This document shows positions 8,624 through 19,722 of a DNA stretch of 64,000 nucleotides, in pieces. The translations under genes were made by a program, and so were the position numbers. The DNA lies in contig JBDLKA010000002.1 in the NCBI GenBank assembly GCA_039714075.1, positions 1 through 64,000 of the forward strand, in the 5' to 3' direction. Each line of letters begins with the position of its first letter. The first letter of the stretch is position 1. The notes under the pieces were generated by a model. It saw only the letters and a list, made by a program, of their open reading frames with translations, ran no database searches and had not been told where the DNA came from. Origin of the DNA: Candidatus Krumholzibacteriota bacterium (GTDB lineage: Bacteria > Krumholzibacteriota > Krumholzibacteriia > LZORAL124-64-63).

Positions 8624-10006
8624 ATGAGACGGATCTCGGCCCGAAACCAATATATTGCCCTGAAAGGACTTGTCCTGACGGGTCTTTGCCTGACGATCAT
8701 CCTGGGCGGCTGCGCCGGCCCCAAGCGTTTGCCGCCCGTGGATGTGCAGCCTCCGCCGGACCTGGAACCGCCGGTCGGCACCCCGACCCTGCTGGGCGTC
8801 GGTCTGCTGGAAAACGAAAAATCCCTCGACATTTCAGCCAACGGAGCGGCGGTCCTGCTGGACGGCCATAGCGGGAACCGTCTGGCGCGCCTGGACGGAC
8901 CCGGCATCGTGGTCTGTTCGCGGTCGGGCAGCCAGGTGACCTGGCTGGCCGACGGGAAAAAGGGCACCGCAGGAACGTTGATCCTAAAGCCGGTGGACCC
9001 CGGACACCGGGTGCTCCAGGGAGAATTTGCCTACCGGGGAGCGTTCCTGGTCAGGCCCACTCCGGGTGGATCCGGATTGACCCTGGTGAACAACCTGGAC
9101 CTGGAATCGTACCTGCGGGGTGTGGTGCCATGGGAAATCGGCCGGCACGGACGTGAAAAGCTCGCGGCCCTGGAAGCCCAGGCCGTGGCGGCTCGGACTT
9201 ATACAATTTCCCATCTCGGAACCCGGAAAAGCCGGGGCTTCGATGTTTACGCCAGCGTGCAGGATCAGGTCTACAAGGGCGCCAAGGACGAGGACCCCCT
9301 GTGCAATTACGCCGTGGAAAGCACCACGGGGCTGGTGCTTCGTCATGAAGACCAGGAGATCGAGGCCTACTACAGCGCTTGTTGCGGGGGTGTCTCCAGC
9401 AATGTCGAAGAGGTTTGGGCACGAGGTCCCCAGCCCTACCTGGTCAGCCATCCCGACAGCCCGGGCAAGGGGGACGAGGCCTATTGCGCCACCAGCCGCC
9501 ACTTCGACTGGCGGGAATCCTGGACCGCGGGCCGCCTGGAAGAGATCATGCAGAAGACCTTGCCGGAATATGTGGACTATATGACCAAACCGGGCCGGTC
9601 CGACTGGGCGGGCCCCGTTTTTTCTCCCCGTGACGGTTCCTCCGCGGCCAAACGGCCGGGCCGTTTGCGGAATCTGGAAATCCTGGAAAGGACGACCAGC
9701 GGCCGGGTGGCCCGGCTGGCGGTGACCACCGATGCGGGTGTCTATCATGTCCGGGGGGACCGGGTGCGCTGGGTTCTCAAGCCCGCGAGCGGGAACCCCT
9801 TCATCCTGCGCAGCGCCCTGTTCGAGGTGGAACTGGTCCGGGATGGGGATCGCCTGGTCGAGGTTGCGGCCCGGGGCCGGGGGTACGGCCACGGTATCGG
9901 GTTGTGCCAGACCGGAGCCCTGGCCATGGCCGAACGGGGGAAGAACGTGCGGGAAATCCTGGTCCACTACTACCCGGGGGCCGACCTTGCCCCGGTGGGG
10001 CGCTGA
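8624..10006 (+). CDS. SpoIID/LytB-domain lipoprotein (lytic transglycosylase-like)
   Basis: Lipobox LGGC; LESYLRGVVPWE, ALEAQAVAARTY, DQVYKG, GRGYGHGIGLCQTGA, ILVHYYPG. Confidence 0.9.
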   Translation: MRRISARNQYIALKGLVLTGLCLTIILGGCAGPKRLPPVDVQPPPDLEPPVGTPTLLGVGLLENEKSLDISANGAAVLLDGHSGNRLARLDGPGIVVCSRSGSQVTWLADGKKGTAGTLILKPVDPGHRVLQGEFAYRGAFLVRPTPGGSGLTLVNNLDLESYLRGVVPWEIGRHGREKLAALEAQAVAARTYTISHLGTRKSRGFDVYASVQDQVYKGAKDEDPLCNYAVESTTGLVLRHEDQEIEAYYSACCGGVSSNVEEVWARGPQPYLVSHPDSPGKGDEAYCATSRHFDWRESWTAGRLEEIMQKTLPEYVDYMTKPGRSDWAGPVFSPRDGSSAAKRPGRLRNLEILERTTSGRVARLAVTTDAGVYHVRGDRVRWVLKPASGNPFILRSALFEVELVRDGDRLVEVAARGRGYGHGIGLCQTGALAMAERGKNVREILVHYYPGADLAPVGR

Positions 10007-11463
10007 TGAAAGATCCGGCCGGACGCCTGGTGGTGGGGTTGGCGGGTGAGTGGCCCACTGGTTTCGAAGCCGCCTGGCTGGCTCAGAAGCAACCTGCAGG
10101 CGTCATTCTTTTTTCCCGTAATGTAAAAAATTACAGCCAGTTATATGGTCTTTGCCGATTCCTGCATGAACTTGTCCCCGACCTGGAAATCGTGGCCGAC
10201 CATGAAGGGGGTCCCGTGTCGCAGCTGGCCGGCGCCCTGGGCCGGCCCCCGGCCGCCTGGGGGCTGGGTGTCCTGGATGATGTGGGCCTGACCGCCCGGG
10301 TGTATGAGGAGACGGGTCGCCGTTTGCGGGCCGTGGGAATCGATCGGGTTCTGGCTCCGGTGGCCGATGTCCTGACCGAACGGCGAAATCCCGTCATCGG
10401 CTCCCGGTCGTTCGGCGCTGACCCCACCCTGGTGGCCCGGCATACGGTGGCCGCGGTGACGGGTCTGCTTGCTGCCGAAATGAGGGTTTGTCTCAAGCAC
10501 TGGCCGGGGCATGGCGGCAGCAGCGGAGACAGCCATCTGGGGGAAACAGGGGTTGCCAAGGGAGCGGTGCCGGTTCCATTTGAAAGCGGTCTCCACGCCG
10601 GTGCGGGTGCGGTGATGGCGGGTCATCTGCTGGTGAAGGACCAGGGGGACCCGCAGGCGCGCATTCCGGCGACCCTGGACCCTGAATTCATGGCGGATTC
10701 GAGGAAGAGTCTGGGTTCCGGCCATGTGGAAAATCTTCTTTTTTATGCCGACGACGTTACCATGGGCGCCCTGGGGCCCGCCATGAAGCGGCTGGGCGTA
10801 TCGATCCCGGATGCCCTGGAATCCGGCTTGTATGACCCGGAGGTATTGCCGTCGGCCTGGTTTGAAAAATTGGCGGACGCGGGGTGTGACCGGTTCCTGA
10901 TCAGGGGAATTCCCCGGACCGCTTTTCCCTTGTCCGATGTTCCGGAAGGCGGGCCGGTGCCGGTCGTGACCGAACCGACCTCACGGATAACGCCGGAACC
11001 GACGTTTTCCGCGGGGGCCTATGCGGAAGCCCGACAGCGCCTGTGGGCCGTTGCGGGGCCTGGTTTCGCGGATCCGGATTCCGAGCTTTTGTGGCTGGAC
11101 TACGCGCGGGATGACCGCTGGGCCGTGGCCGCGGGACAAGATGCGGGGCCTGGCGAAGCAGGAACCATGGCAACCCTCGAAGCGGGGCTGGAAGGGATGT
11201 TTTCCGCGGTCCGTCACGGTCCGGCTCCCGATCTGCCGGCCGTACCCTGGACCCGTCTGGTGGTCTCGTCCCACCGGCCCCTGCCGGATCTGCAGGATCT
11301 GCAGGAAATGATGCCGAATCCCGCTTCCCGGGGTGTTTGCCTGGCCATGGGGCATCCCTCTCTCCAAGCCGATTTGGAGGCCTGGCTGCCGAAGGGATGG
11401 CGGGTTGGCGCACTGTATGACATCGCTTTGGACGAGCTGCCCGGCGGGGGAACAAAAATTTGA
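10006..11463 (+). CDS. nagZ: Glycoside hydrolase family 3 beta-N-acetylhexosaminidase (NagZ-like)
   Basis: GVILFSRN, DHEGG, KHWPGHGGSSGDSH (NagZ motif), ADDVTMGAL; ATG overlaps the upstream TGA. Confidence 0.75.
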   Translation: MKDPAGRLVVGLAGEWPTGFEAAWLAQKQPAGVILFSRNVKNYSQLYGLCRFLHELVPDLEIVADHEGGPVSQLAGALGRPPAAWGLGVLDDVGLTARVYEETGRRLRAVGIDRVLAPVADVLTERRNPVIGSRSFGADPTLVARHTVAAVTGLLAAEMRVCLKHWPGHGGSSGDSHLGETGVAKGAVPVPFESGLHAGAGAVMAGHLLVKDQGDPQARIPATLDPEFMADSRKSLGSGHVENLLFYADDVTMGALGPAMKRLGVSIPDALESGLYDPEVLPSAWFEKLADAGCDRFLIRGIPRTAFPLSDVPEGGPVPVVTEPTSRITPEPTFSAGAYAEARQRLWAVAGPGFADPDSELLWLDYARDDRWAVAAGQDAGPGEAGTMATLEAGLEGMFSAVRHGPAPDLPAVPWTRLVVSSHRPLPDLQDLQEMMPNPASRGVCLAMGHPSLQADLEAWLPKGWRVGALYDIALDELPGGGTKI

Positions 11464-11488
11464 CATGTTCCCGGGCTGCCGCTATATT
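11460..11488 (+). promoter_or_regulatory. Sigma-70 promoter of tRNA-Asp
   Basis: TTGACA-N17-TATATT about 22 nt upstream of the tRNA. Confidence 0.75.
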
Positions 11489-11510
11489 CCGGACTCTTTC
11501 GAAACTAGGC

Positions 11511-11588
11511 GGGGGCGTAGTTCAGTTTGGTTAGAACGCCGGCCTGTCAAGCCGGAGGTCGCGAGTTCAAGTCTCGTCGCTCCCGCCA
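11511..11588 (+). tRNA. tRNA-Asp(GTC)
   Basis: Acceptor GGGGGCG/CGCTCCC, anticodon arm CCGGC-CTGTCAA-GCCGG, TTCAAGT, CCA. Confidence 0.96.
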
Positions 11589-11593
11589 TTTTC

Positions 11594-11622
11594 AACCGCG
11601 GCTTTGGTCGCGGTTTTTTTTT
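11594..11622 (+). terminator. Intrinsic terminator after tRNA-Asp
   Basis: AACCGCGGC-TTTG-GTCGCGGTT plus T-tract. Confidence 0.8.
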
Positions 11623-11672
11623 GGTCCGCGAATCCCGTTCTTGTTCTTCCAGCCCCGACCGAGGAGCCTCCC

Positions 11673-13421
<1,749 letters not shown>

Positions 13422-13481
13422 CGCCGGACATATTCGTATTTTGCGGGCGGGACCGTTTGGTCCCGCCCTTTTCCTTGGCGC

Positions 13482-14708
13482 CTATTCGGGGAAAACCCTG
13501 GTCAGCATGGCATGAAGCTTCGTGAAGAGATCCGGGTTCAGGGGCGGCACGGTCTCGAAAAGTTCGATACCCGCCGTCCCGGGAACGGGGGCCGGAACGG
13601 GGTTCAACAGGGCGGCCTCCTGGTAGGCTGCCAGAAAACCGGGCACCGAGCGGCTGGCTTCACGCAGGCGGTCTTCGCCCAGACGGTGGGAAATCACCGC
13701 CGCCATTCCGTAACCGGTCTGGCCGTAGGCATTCATGGCGGCCAGATGCTCGGAGTACAAAAGACCCCTTTGGGCCATGTCCGCCTCGTCGTCGAGCATC
13801 TTCTCCAACTGGCGGTTCATCATCCCGATGGCTTCCTGGGTCTTCCGGAAAAAACCTTCCGGAATGATGTTGACCTTGTGCAGGGACGGGTGGTCGTCAT
13901 CGAATTCCAGATGGGCCGCCTTGTCGATCCAGCCGGTCACCCCTTCGTTGGCCAGTATCCGGAAGGAATGGGCCACCGACTGTTCGCCCACCAGTTCCTT
14001 GGGGTCGGCGCCCGGAATTGTCTGGTGCTTGCGGTAGTGCAGAGAGGCGGTATTGCGGATGATCTGGTCCACCGAACCGGCGGCCAGGACTCCGGTGTCC
14101 ACGAACAGGGCTCCGTCCAGGATCCGGATTTCGGGTTTGGCCGGGAAGAAGTGGACGCTCAAATCCGCGGGTAGGTTTTCCTGATCGACCCAGTAGCGGA
14201 TCAGCTGGTCCATCTCGCATTTGCGGGGGCCCGTCAGTTCGGCCAGGCGGGCGTCGATCCGGTCCCGGTTCCGCAGGCAGTAGTTGCTGGTATGCAGGTA
14301 GTCGGAACGGTTGCGGCTTCTTTTCTGACTGCCCTGGCGGCCCAGGTCGTCCCAGAAAACGCCTTCGACCCAGTTGGCGATGCGTTGGGCGGTGAGGCCT
14401 TCGGTATCCAGACTTTGGCGCCACAGGTCGATGCTCGGCAGCTCGGCGAAGGCATCGAAATCCGCACGGGGCACATCTTCTTTTGCGGCGACCCGGTCGG
14501 CGATGTCCGTGAAGGCGGCCCAGCCGGAGATGTCGGTGGTCAATCGGCAGTCATCGCCCTTGGCTTTCGCCGGCGCTTCCTGCTTTTCGGCCGACCCGGT
14601 TTCCCCCGAACAGGCGGCCAGGGTCAGGGACAGCAAAAGGACGATCCCGCCGATCACGAGGGAACGACGGGTGGCCGCATTGTGGCGAGCGGCGCCATGG
14701 GTTATCAT
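13482..14708 (-). CDS. Hypothetical lipoprotein, DUF5700-like putative peptidase fold
   Basis: Long ORF with lipobox LAAC; ILANEGVTGWID and GYGMAAVI..RLG...FLAAYQEAA resemble DUF5700 (recalled, not searched); start uncertain (14708 or 14714). Confidence 0.55.
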   Translation of the reverse strand: MITHGAARHNAATRRSLVIGGIVLLLSLTLAACSGETGSAEKQEAPAKAKGDDCRLTTDISGWAAFTDIADRVAAKEDVPRADFDAFAELPSIDLWRQSLDTEGLTAQRIANWVEGVFWDDLGRQGSQKRSRNRSDYLHTSNYCLRNRDRIDARLAELTGPRKCEMDQLIRYWVDQENLPADLSVHFFPAKPEIRILDGALFVDTGVLAAGSVDQIIRNTASLHYRKHQTIPGADPKELVGEQSVAHSFRILANEGVTGWIDKAAHLEFDDDHPSLHKVNIIPEGFFRKTQEAIGMMNRQLEKMLDDEADMAQRGLLYSEHLAAMNAYGQTGYGMAAVISHRLGEDRLREASRSVPGFLAAYQEAALLNPVPAPVPGTAGIELFETVPPLNPDLFTKLHAMLTRVFPE

Positions 14709-14777
14709 TCGCAATTCAGTGACACTCCTGTGATGGCGACAGTCCGGGACCGAACCGGTCCCGATCGGATCGACGAT

Positions 14778-15440
14778 ATGCTTCTGATCAACGAAATATA
14801 CCCCGCAATCTGCGGGGAGTCACGCTTCATCGGGCGGCCCTGCACCCTGGTGCGGTTGACGGCTTGTCACCTCCGCTGCACCTGGTGCGATTCCGAACAT
14901 TCGTTTTCCGGGGGCCGGACCATGAGCATACCCCAGGTTCTCGAAGAGGTTCAAGCCAATGGCTTTCCCACGGTCCTGGTGACGGGGGGCGAACCCCTCC
15001 TGCAGGGGCAGGTCGTGGACCTGATGGGGGCCCTGATGGCCGACGGCCGCACCGTCCTGCTGGAAACAAGCGGCACCCTGGGCAATGATAAACTCGTACC
15101 GCTGGATCAGGTTCCCACCGGCGTCCATCGAATTGTCGATATCAAGGCGCCCGGCAGCGGCATTGCGGCCGACCTGATCGACTGGAAGGGAATTTCGGAT
15201 CTGGGTGCGGGGGATGAGATCAAGCTCGTCTGCCGGGACCGGGCCGACTACGAGTGGGGGCGGAAGGTCGTTCGGGAGGGGGAACTGATTCCTTCCTCGA
15301 CGGTGGTCACCTTTTCGCCGGTCCTGGGCGAGTTGCCTGCCCGCGACCTGGCGGAGTGGATTCTGGCCGACGGGTTGGATGTCTGCTTCCTGATTCAACT
15401 GCACCGGGCCGTTTGGCCCGACATCGAGCGGGGAGTCTGA
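14778..15440 (+). CDS. queE: 7-carboxy-7-deazaguanine synthase (radical SAM)
   Basis: INEIYPAICGES..GRP..VRLTACHLRCTWCDS, VTGGEPLLQ, LETSG, QLHR; directly upstream of queC. Confidence 0.9.
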   Translation: MLLINEIYPAICGESRFIGRPCTLVRLTACHLRCTWCDSEHSFSGGRTMSIPQVLEEVQANGFPTVLVTGGEPLLQGQVVDLMGALMADGRTVLLETSGTLGNDKLVPLDQVPTGVHRIVDIKAPGSGIAADLIDWKGISDLGAGDEIKLVCRDRADYEWGRKVVREGELIPSSTVVTFSPVLGELPARDLAEWILADGLDVCFLIQLHRAVWPDIERGV

Positions 15441-15441
15441 T

Positions 15442-16149
15442 TTGGTTGCCGAGGGACATTCGAAAACGGGAAATGGTTCACCCCGGGAATTGGCCGTGGT
15501 CCTGGTCAGCGGCGGACTGGATTCCGCGGTGTGCCTGGGCGAGGCGGTCCGGGAATTCGACGTGGCCCTGCTGCACATCAATTACGGGCAGCGAACCGAA
15601 GCGCGCGAGCTCAGGGCATTTCAAGAACTGGGAGACCATTACGGGATCACCCGGCGGCTGGTGGCGGACATTTCCTACCTCAAGGAAATCGGGGGGTCGT
15701 CCCTGGTCGACGAGGCCATGGAAGTGGAAACGGGTCTGCCCACGGGGGCGGGAGAGGTTCCCTCGACCTACGTTCCCTTTCGGAACGCCCACATCCTCTG
15801 CGTGGGGGTTTCGTGGGCCGAGGTCATCGGCGCCACCTCGCTGTTCATCGGGGCGGTGGAAGAGGACAGCAGCGGTTATCCCGATTGCCGTGAGGAATTC
15901 TACCGTCTGTTCGGCGCCGCGGTGACGGCGGGGACCAAACCGGATACGAATATCACCATCCGCACACCGTTGATCCAACTGGACAAGGCCGCCATCGTCC
16001 GCCGGGGTGTCGAACTGCAGGTTCCCCTGCAAGCGACCTGGTCCTGCTACACGGATTCCGACGCAGCGTGCGGAGTCTGCGAGAGCTGCCGTCTGCGGTT
16101 GCGTGGGTTTGCCGCCGCCGGGCTGAAAGACCCTATTCCTTACCGTTAG
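15442..16149 (+). CDS. queC: 7-cyano-7-deazaguanine synthase
   Basis: SGGLDS, YGQR, TYVPFRN, YPDCR, TWSCY, CGVCESCRLR. Confidence 0.95.
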   Translation: MVAEGHSKTGNGSPRELAVVLVSGGLDSAVCLGEAVREFDVALLHINYGQRTEARELRAFQELGDHYGITRRLVADISYLKEIGGSSLVDEAMEVETGLPTGAGEVPSTYVPFRNAHILCVGVSWAEVIGATSLFIGAVEEDSSGYPDCREEFYRLFGAAVTAGTKPDTNITIRTPLIQLDKAAIVRRGVELQVPLQATWSCYTDSDAACGVCESCRLRLRGFAAAGLKDPIPYR

Positions 16150-17104
16150 AACCTTCAGGACCGTCAGCCGTGGCGAACCTGGAAAAATCATAGTCCTGGT
16201 ACGCGTTGCAACGGCTGCACAGGTTGAGCAGGTCGCGCCGCCCGTCGTCCAGGGCGGCCCGCATGCACCCGGCCGCGTAGCTTTCCCAGATTTCCCCCAC
16301 CGACTGCTCGTTGACGTTGCCGATGACGGCCCGTTCGTGGACGTCCCAGCAGCAGATCGTCGCGTTGCCGTTGGAGTAGAAGAACATTTCGTCCAGGACC
16401 TTCAGGCAGGGCTTGAGAACCACATCTTCCCGCTTCTGGCCCGTCCACGGCCACTGGTACATGTGGGTGATCAGGACTTCGCTGCAGCGGGGTCCCCAGA
16501 AGTTTTTGTAGTCCTCGATCTCATGGGCGTTCTCGGGCACCTCGATCATGCGCAGTTCGGTAAAGACCTTGTCCCGGTAACCGCCCCGGTCCCACAGCTC
16601 GAGGAAGAGCCGGGTCCGGGCCATCACCTTTTCGAAATCGATGCCGATCCGCGACGGCTCATATGTCTCGCGGGTGAAACCGTCGATGGAAAAACGCATG
16701 ATGTCCACGCCCGCTTCCAGCAGTTCGATCGACAGCTTTTCCGTCAGCAGTTCGCCGTTGGTGTTGAACTCCACCCGGGCGGTGGGGTCGTTGTCCTTGA
16801 TGTAGCGCACGATCTCGGGCATGCGGTTGTCGACGAACGGCTCGTTGGTCAGGAAAGGCCGGTAGGTGATACCCCAGCCGCGGGTGTCGTCGACGATCTT
16901 CTTCCAGGTCTCTGCGGGCATGCGCGCGGGATCCCGCACGATCTCGTTCTGGGGGCAAAAAGGGCACTTGGCGTTGCACTTGGTCACGGTCTCCAACTGG
17001 ATGTACCTGGGCTTCGCCGCATAGGGCATCCGCCATCTCGCGCCCTGGTCTCCTTGGGGATGGTTGCTGAGGTATTTCGCCTCGTCCGCCTGGTTCGGTC
17101 TCAT
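16133..17104 (-). CDS. Radical SAM/SPASM(Twitch) domain protein
   Basis: CNAKCPFC, NTNG, FSIDG; C-terminal PC...ICCWD..IGNV...IW...CSRC. Confidence 0.85.
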   Translation of the reverse strand: MRPNQADEAKYLSNHPQGDQGARWRMPYAAKPRYIQLETVTKCNAKCPFCPQNEIVRDPARMPAETWKKIVDDTRGWGITYRPFLTNEPFVDNRMPEIVRYIKDNDPTARVEFNTNGELLTEKLSIELLEAGVDIMRFSIDGFTRETYEPSRIGIDFEKVMARTRLFLELWDRGGYRDKVFTELRMIEVPENAHEIEDYKNFWGPRCSEVLITHMYQWPWTGQKREDVVLKPCLKVLDEMFFYSNGNATICCWDVHERAVIGNVNEQSVGEIWESYAAGCMRAALDDGRRDLLNLCSRCNAYQDYDFSRFATADGPEGSNGKE

Positions 17105-17149
17105 CTATTGCCTCCGGTCAACGGTTTCTTCACGGGTCTTCACAATTCT

Positions 17150-18472
17150 TCACAACAAATAGGGTTCGATCATGGCCAGGCTGCGCTCCGTGGCCCCCCT
17201 CTGGTCCAGAACCACCTGGCGGGCGGCCTGTCCCAGGGACTTCAGCCGCTCGTCGTCCTGCAGCAGGCCGTCGGCGACCTTCAGGGCTTCCCGGGGGTTC
17301 TCGAGCACGAATCCCGCTCCGCGCCGGACCAGCAAGCCGGCCTCTTCGGCATTGTGGATCACCGGCCCGAACAGGACGGGCATGCTGGCCACCGCCGGCT
17401 CCATGGTGTTGTGGACGCCGGTGGTAAAGCTGCCGCCGACGTAGGTAAGATGGCCCGCCCGATAGATCTCCGCCAGCACTCCGATCGAATCGGTGAGAAT
17501 GGCGCGGGCGGGATCGGCGGCGCCCCGGGGATCGGCCATGAGGTCGGACAAGCGGCGGTGGGGGATTTTCCTGCGGTCCAGGGAGCCTTCCAGGGATGCC
17601 AGCCGGTCCGGGGAGGGTTCGTGGGGCGTCAGGACCACGCGCAGGTCGGCATGGGCAGCCAGCAGATCGCCCAGGACCGGCAGCCACAGTTTCTCATCCG
17701 GAGGCCAGGTGCTGCCCAGGATGAACAGCCGGCCGCCCAGTTCGCGCAACCGGCCCGCCGTTTCACCGGCCCGGGCCGCCTCGTAGCGGAGGATGACCTG
17801 CTCCACGCGGGTGTCTCCCGTTACCGATACGGGGGTGGTGACTTTCAGCTCGTCGACGAATCGCTGCCGGTCTTCCGGCGTGCAGACGCCCAGGTGGGCG
17901 AACCTGTTGAAGACGTCCCGGAACAGGGGCCGGGCCAGCGGACGGAGCCGGGCGCTGCGGGGTTGCAGCGAGCCGGCGGCAAGGACCACGGGCACGCCCC
18001 GATCAGCCGCGGCGACGACCTGGTTGGGCCAGCAATCGAACTTCACGAACACCAGCAGCCGGGGCTGCCACAGATCCATCAGGCGTGCCATGTCCCCGGG
18101 ATGATCCAGCGGCAGGTAGTCGTGGAGATCGGCACAGGGGCGGTCCTGGGCGTAGGCGAAACCCGAAGGTGAAAAATGGGTCACCGCGACGGGCGGGGAA
18201 TCGGGCCTTTCCTTGATCGCGGCGATGATGGGCCGGGCCTGTTCGTACTCGCCCACGGAGGTGACATGGAACCAGACCCCGCCCTTGACCTTGGCGGCGC
18301 CGGCGGCGAGGCGATCCATCAGACCCCTGCGGCCGGCAATACCCGTGGCCAGTTTGGGCGACAAGGGTCCGGCCAGCCGGGTGGCCGCGCAAAGGGCGGG
18401 GCTGAGCCCGCGATAGAGGCGCAACAGGGCCCCCGGTTTCCGTGCGGACCGGTTTGAAGCGGCGGGGGACAT
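17150..18472 (-). CDS. waaA: 3-deoxy-D-manno-octulosonic acid (Kdo) transferase
   Basis: WFHVTSVGE, FSPSG, YLPLD, GDTR, GSTW, PHEP, DSIGVLAEIY, YVGGSF..GVHNTMEPA. Confidence 0.9.
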   Translation of the reverse strand: MSPAASNRSARKPGALLRLYRGLSPALCAATRLAGPLSPKLATGIAGRRGLMDRLAAGAAKVKGGVWFHVTSVGEYEQARPIIAAIKERPDSPPVAVTHFSPSGFAYAQDRPCADLHDYLPLDHPGDMARLMDLWQPRLLVFVKFDCWPNQVVAAADRGVPVVLAAGSLQPRSARLRPLARPLFRDVFNRFAHLGVCTPEDRQRFVDELKVTTPVSVTGDTRVEQVILRYEAARAGETAGRLRELGGRLFILGSTWPPDEKLWLPVLGDLLAAHADLRVVLTPHEPSPDRLASLEGSLDRRKIPHRRLSDLMADPRGAADPARAILTDSIGVLAEIYRAGHLTYVGGSFTTGVHNTMEPAVASMPVLFGPVIHNAEEAGLLVRRGAGFVLENPREALKVADGLLQDDERLKSLGQAARQVVLDQRGATERSLAMIEPYLL

Positions 18473-19518
18473 CAGTTTCCCTCCCTGCTGTTCAAGACGG
18501 AATATGCCTCATCCGGTGTGATGTCCCTGAGACAGGCGAGGTCGCCCCGGTGGCAGGGGCGCTTGCCGTTGCGGGAACAGGGGCGGCAGTCCAGTGCCTT
18601 CTCCATTTCCAGGCTTTGGGGCAATACCGGGTAGTAGCCGAATTCCCGCACGGTGGGGCCGAAAAAAGCCAGGACCGGTGTGCCGACCGCTTCGGCGACA
18701 TGCAGCAGTCCGCTGTCGTTGGTGACCAGGCGTTGGCATTCGGACAGCAGGGTGGCCACCTCGGGCAGGGTGCGATCCCGGATGATCTGGATCCGGGTTT
18801 CGTTCCGGGAAGCCTGGTCCAGGGGCCCACCGGAAAACCACTGATCCTCGCGTGGCCCCAGGAAAATCCGCACGGTGCCGGGATGGTCCATGAGGTGCAT
18901 CTGCACCAGATCCAGGAAATTGTTTTCGGGCCACCGCTTGGTGTCCCATTGCGCGCCCGGGGCGAGGCCCAGGATGTCGCCGCCGGCACCACCGGAGGCA
19001 GCCGCCAGGGAGGCCAGGGGCGGAGACGTTTCGCCAGGTGGATTCCCGCCGGGCGCCAGGTCCCCGGTCAGCTCCTCGAACCGGTCGTGCATGGTGCGTT
19101 TGAGACTGGCGGCCAATCGTCCGGTGCGCATGAAGGCCAGCCGGGCGGCGGTGTCCTTGGCCAGCCGTCGGTCCGGGCGGCGGCCCATCAACCCCAGCAG
19201 AAGGTGTCCGCGCAGGATGTTGTGCGCGTCGATGACCAGGTCCCAGGAGGATTTGCGTAGCTCGGCGGCAAGCCGCACCACCGCGCCCGGGCCGGTGCCG
19301 GGCAGGGGGATCACACGGTGGATGCCGCGGATATTCTCCATCAGTGGGGCGAAGGCGGGTTTGGTCACCAGGGTCACCCGGAACTCCCCGTCGCCGGATC
19401 GGTCGGCCAGCCGGGCCAGGGCCCACCCCAGCAGGCAGAGGTCACCCAGGGAGCCGAACCGCACCACGAGGATATCGCGGGGTTTCCCGGATCTGGATTG
19501 GGAGGGAACGGTTGACAT
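18472..19518 (-). CDS. Glycosyltransferase family 9 (LPS heptosyltransferase-like)
   Basis: ILVVRFGSLGD, APGAQWDTKRWP, VTNDSGLLHVAEAVGTP..FFGPT, CRPC; RBS AAAGGT before ATG 19518. Confidence 0.88.
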   Translation of the reverse strand: MSTVPSQSRSGKPRDILVVRFGSLGDLCLLGWALARLADRSGDGEFRVTLVTKPAFAPLMENIRGIHRVIPLPGTGPGAVVRLAAELRKSSWDLVIDAHNILRGHLLLGLMGRRPDRRLAKDTAARLAFMRTGRLAASLKRTMHDRFEELTGDLAPGGNPPGETSPPLASLAAASGGAGGDILGLAPGAQWDTKRWPENNFLDLVQMHLMDHPGTVRIFLGPREDQWFSGGPLDQASRNETRIQIIRDRTLPEVATLLSECQRLVTNDSGLLHVAEAVGTPVLAFFGPTVREFGYYPVLPQSLEMEKALDCRPCSRNGKRPCHRGDLACLRDITPDEAYSVLNSREGN

Positions 19519-19722
19519 GGCACCTTTCGGACCGGTTGCAGTGAGGGGACTCCGCCAAATATCCACCAAAAGGGGTTCCGGTAAAAGATTTTCCTGCCGG
19601 CCGGCGGACCGCAGCCGGGGGATGACCTTGCCGGTGGTGACGATTAAAGGTAACATCGGCCCGAAGATCGGTCTCTCACAGGAGAGAAATGACAGGATCA
19701 CCCCGGCGCGGAGACCCTATTC

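Noticed and set aside
14778..16149. queE/queC as a 7-deazaguanine DNA-modification (dpd) system
   Set aside because: No dpdA/tgtA5 or other dpd genes nearby; the housekeeping context points to queuosine synthesis.
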